NCBI GenBank assembly: GCA_951406725.2
Contig: OX597839.1
Location: forward strand, 10,292,001-10,356,000
Direction of reading: 5' to 3'
DNA from: Octopus vulgaris
Lineage: Eukaryota
DNA: 64,000 bases
In this document: piece after piece, positions 43,202 through 57,061 of the stretch
How positions within the stretch are numbered: position 1 is the first letter of the stretch
How the letters are laid out: each line of letters starts with the position of its first letter
The notes under the pieces: generated by a model
What the model saw: only the letters and a program-made list of their open reading frames with translations
The model's database searches: none
Told to the model about the DNA's origin: nothing
Translations under genes and position numbers: made by a program

Positions 43202-43571
43202 GTTGTGACAGTCGTGTTCCACAATTGACAGCTGTGGTGAAATGGTTAGATTTATCCTCTAAATACCCTCCGATGGGCTCCAGCCAGCTGAATCTTACGA
43301 ACTGTATTTTGACCAATCAGCATGTGGCTGAGATGTCACGATTTGGTGAGTGGGCCAACTAAGTTCTAACTGTATTTCGATCAGTCAGTTTGGTGGGCAC
43401 GTCAAGGATTCTTTACTTTGACTGCACCTAAATTCGTTTGGCTGTATTTTGGAATGTTGCAAACAACATTCCTGTTTTCATTGTTTTCTATCGTTACTAT
43501 TCCAGAAATTTTCACATTTCAATTGAGTCAGTGTTCATATGGTCAACTTTATTACCATCCTTACCAAAACC

Positions 43572-43995
43572 GGATCTTTTCGGTTTGAACGGCAGTTTTT
43601 TCTAGCGGTGTCATATGAAATTGTCACCCATAATTATGACCCTAGTATCGATCTATTGCATTTCAATCTCTTTTAGGGTTAGGGTTAGGGTTAGGGGTGG
43701 AGGGAAGGGTATCTTTTTCTCTTCACAAATGTAAATAAACCCAATCTGTTTCTTAAATGAGGGACATATTCATACGGCACAGAATGTTTTTTTACCTCAA
43801 TACACGTCAGTGATTGGTTGAAATTGCAGAAATTGAAGAAAAAAAATAACAAATATCTTACAAACTATGGAATTTTCTCAATAAAGCCAAGAGAAAAAGA
43901 TGTTTTATAAACACATTTTACCAGTATACGAAGTTTAACATTTTTAAGTTACCTAGAAATTATGTTAAAAACTGCCGTTCAAACCGAAAAGATCC
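43572..43995 (+). mobile_element. Complete MITE, 424 bp, Merlin-like (GG termini, 8-bp TSD), with internal (TTAGGG)4
   Basis: Perfect 29-bp TIR ggatcttttcggtttgaacggcagttttt; TSD ccaaaacc at 43564-43571 and 43996-44003; superfamily call is an inference. Confidence 0.9.
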
Positions 43996-44410
43996 CCAAA
44001 ACCTTTATTATTGTTGTTGTTAGTGGTGGCGGTAGTAGAAGTAGTACTTATTATCACCATCATCATTATAATTATCATCGTTACTTTAACTGTCCATTTA
44101 AAACGGGTTTCAATTCAGCAATAAAACTTTTTCCTTGAATTTTACGCGTAGTTTGTAGAATAAGAATATCATAAACTTTTTCTGACTACATGTTTTTCTG
44201 ACTACAGGTGGTTGTTTAAAGGGATTTGATGGACATCAGGGTCCCCAATTTCTTGTCGGTGCACACGTGAACGTTCCGATAATGCATTCCCAGTGTGACC
44301 AACGTATATCTTCTAATTTTACCTTGTACAGGTCTGTCTGTGTGCGTGTGCGATTCTGTGATCGCGCCTGTATGTATGTATGTATGTATGTATGTATGTA
44401 TGTATGTATG

Positions 44411-44896
44411 TCCACTGCCATCTCAACTCAAACTAAAGTCCGCTTATTTAGTTCAAACGTAAAATCTGTGCTTTTGTATGGCTCTGAAACATGGAGAGCC
44501 ACCTGCAGCCACTACAAGAAGATCCAGACCTTCATCAACAAATGTCTCCGGCAGATCCTCCATCTGAAGTGGTTCGACAGAGTGCCAAACACCGACCTGT
44601 GAGAAAGGGCCAACCAGGAGCCCATACATGTTCAGATTAGACGAAGGAAATGGAGATGGATCGGGGACACACTGCGGAAAGAACCCTCAAATGTGACACA
44701 AGCACTTGACTAGAACCCGCAGGAGGAAAGGAAGTGAGGACGCCCGAAGCAGACATGGAAGCGGAGCATTTTGGCCGAGCTCAGGACCACCGGCCTGACA
44801 TGGGAAGCAGCCAAGAAACACGCCAATGACCGCAAAAAGTGGACAACAACTGTTGAGGCCCTATGCTCCACAAGGAGCAAAAAGGATTAAGAAGAA
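44411..44896 (+). mobile_element. RTE-clade LINE 3' end
   Basis: TKVRLFSSNVKSVLLYGSETW...INKCLRQIL...IRRRKWRWIG; flanked by (TATG)n on both sides. Confidence 0.9.
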
Positions 44897-44999
44897 TGTA
44901 TGTATGTATGTCTTATAAGTGCGGTAATACTTCTTGTCTTATACGCCTTCTAATCTCTGTAGGATAAGACGATTCTTGGTTTATTTTGTGTTATATTGG

Positions 45000-45400
45000 A
45001 AGGCGGCGAGCTGGCAGAAACGTTAGCACGCAGGGCGAAATGCTTAGCGGAATTTCGTCTGTCTTTACGTTCTGAGTTCAAATTCCGCCGAGGTTGACTT
45101 TGCCTTCCATCCTTTCGAGGGTCGATAAATTAAGTACCAGTTGCATGCTTGTCTGAGAATTAGCCAAACCCCAAAGAATTCCTCTCAAAACATGGCTATG
45201 ATGCACCTCATTACTTCTGTTCGTGATCAGAGATGCACATATCGTCAGCCACTAAGGGACATTCTCAACTGGTTATGGTCAAGCAACTGACAAGCAAATC
45301 TGTGGTATTGAGCAGAATATTTCCTGTAGCCCATCTTTTATACCAAGACAAAACAATGTACATGATAACACTTCCAATCAGTTAAGATCAGAAGCCATGA
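45000..45400. mobile_element. SINE family B (45000-45145, +) joined to repeat family C (45150-45400, -)
   Basis: Similarity to other copies. Confidence 0.8.
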
Positions 45401-45459
<59 letters not shown>

Positions 45460-45547
45460 TTTCACATTTTGGCACAAGGCCAGCAATTTTCTGGAAGGGC
45501 GTAAGTCGGTTACATCAACCCCAGTGCCAAACTGATGCTTATTTTAT

Positions 45548-45578
<31 letters not shown>

Positions 45579-46408
45579 AGTTCCAGATATATTTGGGATG
45601 ACTTGTAAGAATATTAAATTTACCCCCGTACATAGCTGGTACTTTAATTTAGCGATACCGGATGGATGAAAGTCAAAGTTAAACTCAATGTGATTCGAAC
45701 GTAGAATGCTATGGTCTGTAACTTAATACGCGACAGGACTTTTGGGCCGAGTCTCTACTGATTCTGCCGATCTACTCTCCCGAAGAAGTAGAAAACAAAA
45801 AGAAATGATCATGATGGTGATGATGATGATGATGACGACGATGACGATGACGATGATGATGATGATGATGATGATGACGACGATGACGATGATGATGGTG
45901 ATGATGATGATGATGATGATGACGACGACGATGACGATGATGACGACGACGACGACGACTAATTTCAGGCCGAAGATGCTATTGATGATAATGACTATTA
46001 TGATGAAATACAAGAAGAAGAAAAAAAAGAATAATAACAACAACAACAACAACAACATCAGCAGCAGTAACTGTGTCAAAAGGCAGTGACATCGCGACGG
46101 GATTCTAAGAGATTTAGGAAGAAGGAAATTCTACCCGAAATCGGTTAGTTTCATCTGATTTACAACTCTTCAAACTGCTGTTGGTCGTCGCGTTGCTGTT
46201 GTTGATGTTGTTGGTGTTGTTTAACACGTCGAATATATTACGATTTCTGTGTTTTCTTTAATTTTTTATTTTATTTTAACGGCCCTCAGATGTTTCTGCT
46301 TTTCGTCCCATTTTCTATGGTTCGGTCCTTTATATTTCCATATAGACAGTAGAATATTTACACACAGTAGAATATCACACACACACAGACAGACACACAC
46401 ATATATAT

Positions 46409-46620
46409 ACTCTTTTACACTTTTACTTGTTTCAGTCATCTGACTGCGGCCATGCAGGAGCACCGCCTTTAATCGAGCAACTCGACCTCGGGACTTATTC
46501 TTTTGTAAGCCCAGTACTTATTCTATCGGTCTCTTTTGCCGAACCGCTAAGTAACGGAGACATAAACACACCAGCATCGGTTGTCAAGCAATGCTAGGGG
46601 GACAAACACAGACACACAAA

Positions 46621-46708
<88 letters not shown>

Positions 46709-47116
46709 AAAAAATGAAGTTCGAAAATGCTGCTGTATTATACGATTTTTAATTTTTATATATACATTATAGCATGTTTCAGTTCCTGAAATGAACCTTA
46801 TCAAAAAAAGTTATATATAAAAAAAGACAGCTCATGCCGTCAAACACAAGAAATTCATTTATAATACACAACGGAGTCAGACATCTTAGAGTTCATGTAT
46901 AGTTGATATATAGTTCATGTATAGTTGATATATAGTTTGAAGTATATGTTCAAAGTGTTCGATGCAGTGGCCCACGGTGGCGATACGTATTCAATACAAA
47001 AAACAGATCAAAGTGGTGCAAAGCGGTCAATACAGAAGATTGATGTTTCCGAAAGAGCGAGGAATTCATTTTTACCTTAAGCAATTGTGATTACCCATGG
47101 TGGATGTTCGCTGGGT

Positions 47117-47177
<61 letters not shown>

Positions 47178-47337
47178 GACGGGCTTCTTTCAGTTTCCGT
47201 CTACCAAATCCACTCACAAGGCTTTGGTCGGCCCGAGGCTATAGTAGAAGACACTTGCCAAGGTGCCACGCAGTGGGACTGAACCCGGGACCGTGTGGTT
47301 GGTAAACAAGCTACTCACCACACAGCCACTCCTGCGC
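46409..47337 (-). mobile_element. SINE family A interrupted inside its (TA)n by a ~415-bp insert (46704-47119)
   Basis: Tail 46409-46625 and head 47176-47337 are collinear across the insert. Confidence 0.85.
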
Positions 47338-47338
47338 C

Positions 47339-47373
<35 letters not shown>

Positions 47374-48137
47374 ATATGTATATATTGGGTCAGCCCATAG
47401 ATATGCGGTTTTTTTTTATACTTCTTTTATTTTTCAAAATTAAGATAAACAAAATTGAATTGCACTCATCAAAGCTTGCACTAAGAATAAGGACAAGGTA
47501 AAATTACTGCCCGCTTTTATAGCGAGTTGATGCAGGTAGCTTATCCCGTCCACGTCCACCCCCTATGTATAGATAGATACATACATACATACATATATAC
47601 ACACACGCACAAACACATATAAACATATGTCTATATTATGTGTGCGTATATATATATAAATATATATATAAATATACATATATATATAAATATACATATA
47701 TATATAAATATACATATATATATAAATATACATATAATTTTGTATTATATGTTTTGTGACGATATATTTTACATAAAAGTTGCACTGCGGGACATCTATC
47801 TCCTTCAGTTGTCGATTCGAAATAATAACTATTTCACCAACTTCCGGCACATGACCCTACCCACTTCTTATAACGCCGAATAACATTCATGTTATAGAAA
47901 AAATCTACGACACTTTTTGGGCCGACACTGTAATGCGCGCGCGCCCACACACACACACACGCCCGCACGCAAACATGCGAAGTCTTTCCATACTGTAAAT
48001 ACCACACTAAACCATGAGCAGCTGCAACCACTCCAATCATGCAGTGACTTTCTTTTCTTTTCATAAAGGTCTTATACGTTCTTGTATGGCGAAATATGTG
48101 TGCGCGCGCATGTCTCTCTCACTCTCTCTCTACTCCA

Positions 48138-48351
48138 TGATAGATCGTTAGCCACTACACACATTTTTTTCTCTCCTTGTTTCTCTCCTTGTTTTCTCTG
48201 TGTCCCTTTCTGTAGAAGAGCGTAGGCTCGAAACGTAAAATACTTTCTGTAGAAGAGCGTAGGCTCGAAACGTAAAATACTTTTTCTATTCATGAGCGTT
48301 ATACTAATACATCTGTTTGAGTCTTCGTCTTTTGTTTTTTTCGTAAACTCT

Positions 48352-48355
<4 letters not shown>
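48138..48355 (+). mobile_element. Family H1 element with a tandemly duplicated hammerhead
   Basis: Exact 37-bp duplication, 48206-48242 and 48243-48279. Confidence 0.8.
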
Positions 48356-48388
<33 letters not shown>

Positions 48389-48398
48389 CATACATATA

Positions 48399-48430
<32 letters not shown>

Positions 48431-48653
48431 TGTGAGTGTGTGTGTGTGTGTGTACGTATATTTATACATATGCACACATATATACGTAAAAACAGAAGAT
48501 AGGAATATTTTGGTAGCATTTATTCCATATTAAATGTGTTTCTTTACCAACAGGATTTACATCGTGAGGCGTGGAAAAACATATAAGACGTTTGCCATTA
48601 GTGTTTTATCAAATAGAGAATTCAAAATTATACCTGTATATATATATATATAT

Positions 48654-49007
48654 TACCAACCACCTTGGGCATGTATTTCTACTATAGCCACAGGCCGACC
48701 AAGGCCTTGTGAGTGGATTTGGTAGACGAGAAACTGAAAGAGGCCCGTCGTATATATGTATATATATATATATGTGTGTCTGTATGTGTGCGTGTGTGTG
48801 TATGCTTGTGTGTCTGTGTTTGTCCCCCCAACATCGCTTGATAACCGATGCTGGTGTGTTTACGTCCCCGTAACTTAGCGGTTCGGCAAAAGAGACCGAT
48901 GGAATAAGTACTAGGCTTACAAAGAATAAGTCCTGGGGTCGATTTGCTCGACTAAAAGCGGTGCTCTAGCATGGCCGCAGTCAAATGACTGAAACAATTA
49001 AAAGAGT
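48654..49007 (+). mobile_element. SINE family A, 5'-truncated
   Basis: Similarity to family A. Confidence 0.85.
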
Positions 49008-49021
49008 ATATATATATATAT

Positions 49022-49696
49022 GGAAAGATATACATAACTTCTGGCGTCATTCAGAGATAAAAAACTAAATCCTGCATCATCCCTATCAAATACGATATGG
49101 AGATTGAAAGAAGGTAGAATAAGCAACCCCCAGATAAAATGGAACATTATTGCTAAAGCCCCAAAATATAGAGAACGTGGTGCCAAATGTGAACTCTGTA
49201 TTACTGAAAAATTATACATTATATAATGAACAGATAACATCCTAAACATTGGGTATGAAGCCTTCTTCCCCTGCATACACAAGCAATATTTTACCCTGAA
49301 ATACTTGAAAGAAGAGCCACTATCTGCGACGGCAATCCCTCCACGATAGTCCCTTTCCTGGCCGTGAAATCTAAACATGCACAGCACACAAACTCCACAC
49401 ACACAGAAGAAATATACTTCAATGACGAACTACCTCAGCACACAAGTATAAGAACACTACGCCCAGAACAAAAACAAAATAATGCAAATAATTTGACCAC
49501 ACAACAATTTACCCAAAAGACGAATCCAAGAGAGGCAAACATTCAAAAAATGCCTTGTTTTATCCACGTGAATGCACGGAAATCCCCGCGAACTAAAGAA
49601 GGCTGAGTTTTTTTTACAGATGGAAGCGAACACCTTTCTCCATGTGACCAGCTTAAAAAAATTGTTTAAGACACTAGGATAGTTTCCTACTTTTCG

Positions 49697-49700
<4 letters not shown>
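49022..49700 (+). mobile_element. Penelope-like element 3' end (GIY-YIG endonuclease C-terminus plus pLTR-like tail)
   Basis: SFRDKKLNPASSLSNTIWRLKEGRISNPQIKWNIIAKAPKYRERGAKCELCITEKLYII matches the PLE pattern S.LS..IW.LK...I.W.I...A..Y...C.LC..EK; (TA)n on both sides. Confidence 0.75.
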
Positions 49701-49747
<47 letters not shown>

Positions 49748-49974
49748 TGTTTGATTATATATACATCGTATGTATATATGTATCTTTTATCCCGTATATC
49801 TTAAGTGGTTCAGTCATTGGACTGCGGTCATGCTGGGGCATTGCATTGAAGAAACTTTTGACGAATGTACCAACCGCAGCACTTATGTTTTTTTTTTCTT
49901 TTGAAGCCTAATACTTACTCTATCGGACTCTTTTCCCAACTGCTAAGTTACGGGGGCCTATATATATATATATG

Positions 49975-50485
49975 AGCAAAACGCCCCCCTCCGTCCAATG
50001 GACGGTGCTGAATCATATTTGCTGAATAAAAATCAATCAGCGTTTTCTTTTTATTAAAAAGTAATTAAGCATGCCTTTATTTCAATAAATTTTTTGGTTT
50101 TGTTAAACGAAGTTAAGGCGAAAAGAAAAACTTCTTGAGAAACCAAATAGTCTTTCCTTCCTTCATGCCAAGTTTGAAGAAAATATCTCTTTTGCATCTT
50201 ACTTTTTTGGTCTCTTAAATATACTGCATTTTGTGGCATTATTTCAAGCCAGCCGGCTTTTTTTGTGCCAACTGCACGTGCATTTTTCTCGCGTACGCTT
50301 ACTATCGATCGCAACAGCTGATGTAGTTGCGCGTACAAATGCACGTTCCCACAGCTTTATCGATCGCATTCTCACCTGGAATCGATTTTTGTAATTTTTT
50401 CAAGACTTATACACGCCCTGATACCGTCGGTATCTACATATCAAATTTGAGCGCAATCGGATAGAGGATGCCCGAGATCCTAGAA

Positions 50486-50584
<99 letters not shown>

Positions 50585-50597
50585 ACACACAGAACAG

Positions 50598-50605
<8 letters not shown>
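49975..50605 (-). mobile_element. Probable non-autonomous Helitron/Helentron-type element with internal (GT)n
   Basis: Minus-strand 5' end tatataaaatctgttctg(tg)n...ccgattgcgctcaaattt; subterminal hairpin ccgtcca-a-tggacgg at 49991-50005; no clear CTAG. Confidence 0.5.
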
Positions 50606-50638
<33 letters not shown>

Positions 50639-51429
50639 GTATGGGTGTTTATTTATGATATATATATATATATATATATATGTCCGTATGGGTATTTATT
50701 TATGCATATATATATATATATGTATATATATGTATGTATATATACACACACACTCACACACATCACATATAGTTTGATAGATAGTTAGTCAGATAGGAGA
50801 ATATGTACATACATGTAGCTATAAATTTATGTTTATATATACAACACATAATACATGCATTTCTATGTGTATATTTATACAAAAATGTCTGCATGTTCGT
50901 CCGTGCATACACACACATACACATCCTCGTAGATTAAACGAAACTTGAGATGCATTCAAAACATATATACGTGTTAAACAAAATACAATTATAAAGCAAT
51001 ACAAGAACACACACACACGAGACAAATATGTGTCATGAGATATGATATATATATATCTATTATAACGTTTCGTTTATGACATATTAGATATGATAGGAGA
51101 ATGACATCTTGAAAGAAATGATAAAAATTGAAGAGAAAATAAACATACGAAGAGATTGCTACGATGATAAATAAGGCAGAAAACTGATAAGATTATATAT
51201 ACAGATTAAATAAACTTAGGTGTGTGTGTGTGTGTGAATGCATGTTATACACGCTTATATAATATATATGTTAGTCACGTAAATAATGTAACATATGAAT
51301 ATTAAATGTCTATTTTAATATCAATTAAAGAAAACGTATATGACATCGTGTCCTCACTCAGGCACGCGAGCATGTATGTACGCATCATATCTCCTTGTGT
51401 ACATCCATATATACATACATACATACATG

Positions 51430-51494
<65 letters not shown>

Positions 51495-51498
<4 letters not shown>

Positions 51499-51670
51499 AG
51501 AATTCACGGAAAAAAAAACAAAAGGCGAAGACAGGTGGTGTAGGAAAGAAACAGATGTATTAGTATAACGCTCGGGAATTGAAAAAGTCTTTTACGTTTC
51601 GAGCCTACGCTCTTCTACAGAAAGGGACACAGAAAGAAACAAGGAGAGAAAAAAATGTGTGAAGTGGCTA
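51495..51670 (-). mobile_element. Family H1 hammerhead-bearing element (ribozyme 51589-51624)
   Basis: cttt CTGTAGA agagc gtag gctc GAAA cg TA aaag; (TA)n on both sides. Confidence 0.78.
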
Positions 51671-51690
51671 CTGATATATATATATATGTG

Positions 51691-51848
<158 letters not shown>

Positions 51849-51855
51849 AATATAT

Positions 51856-51941
<86 letters not shown>

Positions 51942-52090
51942 GTATATATATATATATGTAATTTCTGGGGGTCGACTTGTGCCACTAAAACCTATGAAGG
52001 CTGTACTCCAGCATGGCTGCACTCAAATCACTGAAACAAGTGTAAGATTAAAAGAATACATATATCTGTATATATGTATATATGTGCGTG

Positions 52091-52165
<75 letters not shown>

Positions 52166-52169
<4 letters not shown>

Positions 52170-52522
52170 GCGCCACTGCATAGTGCCAAGGGCTCCAAAT
52201 TTGCCATCAAGATGTAGGACAAGATACTGTAATAGCCTGGGCTTCAGAGGTCCACAGCTCTTCAATATCCTCCCGAAGGACCTGAGAGATCTGCATGGGG
52301 TGGATGCAGATGTCTTTAAAATAAAGCTAGACTTCTTCCTGTCAGGTGTCCCAGATGAACCAACTTCACGGCAGGAGGTGCAGATGAGGGTAGCTGCATC
52401 AAACTCCCTCGTGCACCAAATGTCAATTGCTAAAAAGCATTCGTGAGGTAAAATCATGTAGCGATACCGAATGGCTGTGCCCCTGCATGGCCACAGCTCG
52501 TGAGCTGAAACTAGATAAAATA
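52166..52522 (+). mobile_element. LINE 3' end (Jockey/CR1 group) whose tail matches SINE family A
   Basis: GRHCIVP...[21 protein letters not shown]...[16 protein letters not shown], stop at 52446; tail 52473-52511. Confidence 0.75.
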
Positions 52523-52525
52523 GAC

Positions 52526-52564
<39 letters not shown>

Positions 52565-53173
52565 ATGTGTAGGTTGTGAGAGGTAATGATGCCAGTGAGA
52601 CCCAAAGGTGTCAGGTAATACTGAATAAGAGCTATGGATAGATAGATCATAGTTAAGTTCCAGGTTCGGGGATTATGCGAATAAGGGGTCCAACTTATGT
52701 CATATATCAGCATGTGTATATAAAAATTTTTTTTCTTCACGAGATAATAAACCAAGGCAGTGTAAAAATCTACACTGCCTTTGTTTTTTTTTATCTCATG
52801 ACGAAAAAAAATTTATATATATATATATACGTATACATATGCCCTTATGAAGCCATGTGTGTGTGCTTTTATTCATAGATGTATATATTTAAGCATGCAT
52901 GTATAACAAGCGGATTGAGTGATAAAAAGCAAGAGATATTTCATATAGATAAGAAATGAAGATAAGAAAGATTATAAATTTACGGACTATTAACAACAGC
53001 TTTATATATATATATATATACAATGTGTATATTTATATTTTAAGAGATATGAACAATATTTATAACTGCATATTCACAACAATTTTATGTGTACCGTGTA
53101 ACGCTATATATTGTGTGTCTATGTGCATGTATATGTCAATGTACATATCTGTATGTATATGTATGTATGTATG

Positions 53174-53235
<62 letters not shown>

Positions 53236-53330
53236 GTATGTATATATATATATATGTATATATATGTATGTATATATATATATTTGTATATATATATATG
53301 TATATATCTATATATGTATATATATATATG

Positions 53331-53393
<63 letters not shown>

Positions 53394-53395
53394 GA

Positions 53396-53581
53396 AGTTA
53401 ATCCAAACATGAACAAAGAGAAAACACAACAACGCGAGCACGTGGAGCAGGTATAGTGTTATTGGACACTAAGGAAAGGAAAGAAAGAAAGAGGATTTAA
53501 CGTTTCGAGCGGAGCTCTTCGTCAGAAACATTGGAAAAGGAAAGGTCAAAAGAAGGGAAGGCGGAGAAAGAAAATCGCCAA
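53396..53581 (-). mobile_element. Family H2 hammerhead-bearing element (ribozyme 53495-53529, canonical core)
   Basis: gttt CTGACGA agagc tcc gctc GAAA cg TT aaat; 3' end next to (TA)n. Confidence 0.75.
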
Positions 53582-53910
53582 TGCTGCGGCTGGGTCCTAG
53601 GTAATATTTTATCACCGTTCTATATTTTAAATCCGTGGTTGCATTCCAGTCATACTGCTTTTGACAGTCATATACAAGACGAGGTACAAGTAATGCCCAT
53701 TACATATTTTTTTCGTTATTAGAGTAAGTTTTACTCCAATAAAGGAGAAGTATCTAACTAAGACCATTAGATATTTGAAAAATGCTAACGCACGAAACTC
53801 TCGCGCCCAGAGTCACTCTGTTACTTGTGCTAAATATTGATAAAAATATACATATTCTCATATCTTGAGCTCTATTTTTCTTCTTTGCACCAACATATCT
53901 GTAATGACCG

Positions 53911-53980
<70 letters not shown>

Positions 53981-54000
53981 TTGTTTGTGTATATATGTAT

Positions 54001-54098
<98 letters not shown>

Positions 54099-54131
54099 AA
54101 TATAATATATATATATATATATATAAATATA

Positions 54132-54199
<68 letters not shown>

Positions 54200-54363
54200 A
54201 GGTGCAGGCGAGGCTGTGTGGTAAGAAGCTTGCTTCACAGTCACCTGGTTCTGGGTTCAATCCAACTGCGGGACATCTTAGACAAGTGTCTTGTACTGTA
54301 GCCTATGGCCGACCAAAGCCTTGTCAGTGGATTTGGTAGGCGGAAATTGAAAGGAACCCGTCG

Positions 54364-54426
<63 letters not shown>

Positions 54427-54492
54427 TATATATATATATATATATATTATATATGTATTGAGTACCTTTACTGTGTATCAACCCGACCTACA

Positions 54493-54528
<36 letters not shown>

Positions 54529-54880
54529 TGTATGTATGTATGTATGTATGTATGTATATATGTATGTATGTATATGTTTGTGTATCTGTGTGTGTGTCCC
54601 CATCTACCATCGCTTGACAACCGTACCTTAGCACTTCGAAAAAAGATACCGATAGAATAAGGCATACAAAGAATAATTCCTAGAGTCGATCTGATCGACT
54701 AAAGGTGATGCCCCAGCATGGTCACAGTAAAATGACTAAAACAAATCAACCCCAGCACTTATTCTTTGTAAGCCTGGTACTTATTCTAGCGATTTCTCTT
54801 GCCGAAATGATAAGTTACGGGGACGTAAACACACCAACATCGGTTGTCGAGCAGTATTGGGGTGACAAACACACACACAC
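54200..54880. mobile_element. SINE family A (54200-54745, +) abutting an inverted 3' fragment (54750-54880, -)
   Basis: Similarity to family A. Confidence 0.75.
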
Positions 54881-54959
54881 TCACACATACATAGACATAT
54901 GAAATAGTAGTTGAAATGCACTGAGAACAGTTAAAAATTTATATTATAAAATAACTTTG

Positions 54960-55016
<57 letters not shown>

Positions 55017-55164
55017 CATAATAATGATATTAGGGAGTATATAATTATATTTATTTTTTGGTTTTTATGTTTGAGTTGCCTAATAGTGGTTTTATCTCCA
55101 ATTTAGTTTATATATATATACACATACATATATATACACATGTATATATATACGTATATATACG

Positions 55165-55318
<154 letters not shown>

Positions 55319-55607
55319 TATATGTGTGTGTATATATATATATATACATATATATATACATATATACATATATGCATATATAGGAACCAGTATTATTTAG
55401 ATATTCAAATAATTATATTAAATACGCATATTTAAAATATGTAGATTTACAATGTTTAGTGTTTTGGATGTATCTAGTGTGTGTATGTGTGTGCTTGTGT
55501 CTGTATGGCTGTGTGCGTGTGCATGTGTGTATTAAGAAAGTATTTAGGGTGCATATTTGCAATATTGAGCACATACATGTATGAATTGGTTTATATACAC
55601 ATATATC

Positions 55608-55638
<31 letters not shown>

Positions 55639-55790
55639 TCGCACATACACATATAAATGGACTCACGCATTAAACATTTATGTTATACATTTAAAATAAT
55701 TAAAATATCTTTGTGTGTGAGCAATGGAGTATGTTCATAAAATTGAAGATGTACGTTTACAATATGCATATACATGCATACATATATACA

Positions 55791-55856
<66 letters not shown>

Positions 55857-55922
55857 CATACATATATATATATATCTGTAAATAAACCCACGCTGCCATC
55901 TCTTCAGTCATGGGGCCGGCCC

Positions 55923-55983
55923 GATAACTGAAGAGATAGCGGCGTGGGTTTCCGCCCCGACATCCGAAATTCGGAGTCTTATC
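55923..55983 (+). ncRNA. Type I hammerhead ribozyme motif, family H3, canonical core
   Basis: gataa CTGAAGA gatagcgg...ccgacatcc GAAA ttcggag TC ttatc; 5-bp stem I, GUC cleavage triplet. Confidence 0.7.
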
Positions 55984-56384
55984 ATGGCGACCGAATAATT
56001 GACACATATTATATTTACAGATAAGTTCTTCTATTTACGTAATATCGAGGTCTCTTTCATTCTTTTGTTGTCTTGCCATTTCTATCAATATATATATATA
56101 TACGTGCATGTATATGTATATGTATATATGCATATCTAAATATCTATCCATACACGTACATACATACATATATACATACACATATATGCGTGTGTAAGAA
56201 CGTGTATATAAATACATACATGTATACACACACACACACACACACACCAACACGCGTGCACGCACACTCACTGACACACATTTACATATACATACAAAAA
56301 TTACTTCGAGTGTATATATTGAATATCGAATATTGCAATCCCACGAGCAAATATCTATAAAAGCTAGCGTCCATATTAACAAAA

Positions 56385-56416
<32 letters not shown>

Positions 56417-56706
56417 CTGTATATAGAGAATTACAGTGATGTTTTGAAGGCTCTACTGTGTGAAAGTCGGTTGAAGGCGCAGGTCTCGGGAGATATAGCC
56501 CAGGGGCTTCAATTAGCTGGGATCCCCAAGGGGTCAAGAATTAAGTGTGGATATATTGGAAACGTTGCTGAGGAAAGCAGAGTAATTGTAGACCAAGGGT
56601 CTGTAAATCTTAGACACGCTGAGACTGCACTGTTGTATATAAATGTACATATATATACACACACGAACATGCATACATACTTATATATACATACATACAT
56701 ATATAG

Positions 56707-56756
<50 letters not shown>

Positions 56757-56757
<1 letters not shown>

Positions 56758-56895
56758 CGACGGGCTTCTTTCAGTTTCCGTCTACAAAGCTTTGGTCGGC
56801 CCGAGGCTATAGTAGAAGACATTTGCCCAAAGTGCCACGCAATGGGACTGAACCCGGAGCCATGTGGTTGGTAGCTTACCACACAACCACTCCTA
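56757..56895 (-). mobile_element. SINE family A 5' part
   Basis: Similarity to family A. Confidence 0.8.
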
Positions 56896-56916
56896 CATAT
56901 ATATGTATACATATAC

Positions 56917-56965
<49 letters not shown>

Positions 56966-56999
56966 CACATGCATATATATATGTGTGTGTGTGTGTATG

Positions 57000-57041
<42 letters not shown>

Positions 57042-57061
57042 CACATATCTTATTCTTATTC

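Noticed and set aside
43673-43696. Telomere or chromosome-fusion scar
   Set aside because: Only four units, internal to a MITE that is present twice in the window
47383-47415. Mariner-like left TIR (tattgggtcagcccatag)
   Set aside because: No matching right TIR or transposase remnant found
56425-56636. TA-flanked insert with CTGAGGA...GAGA
   Set aside because: Core and stems too degenerate to call a ribozyme; ORF 56333-56812 has no recognisable domain
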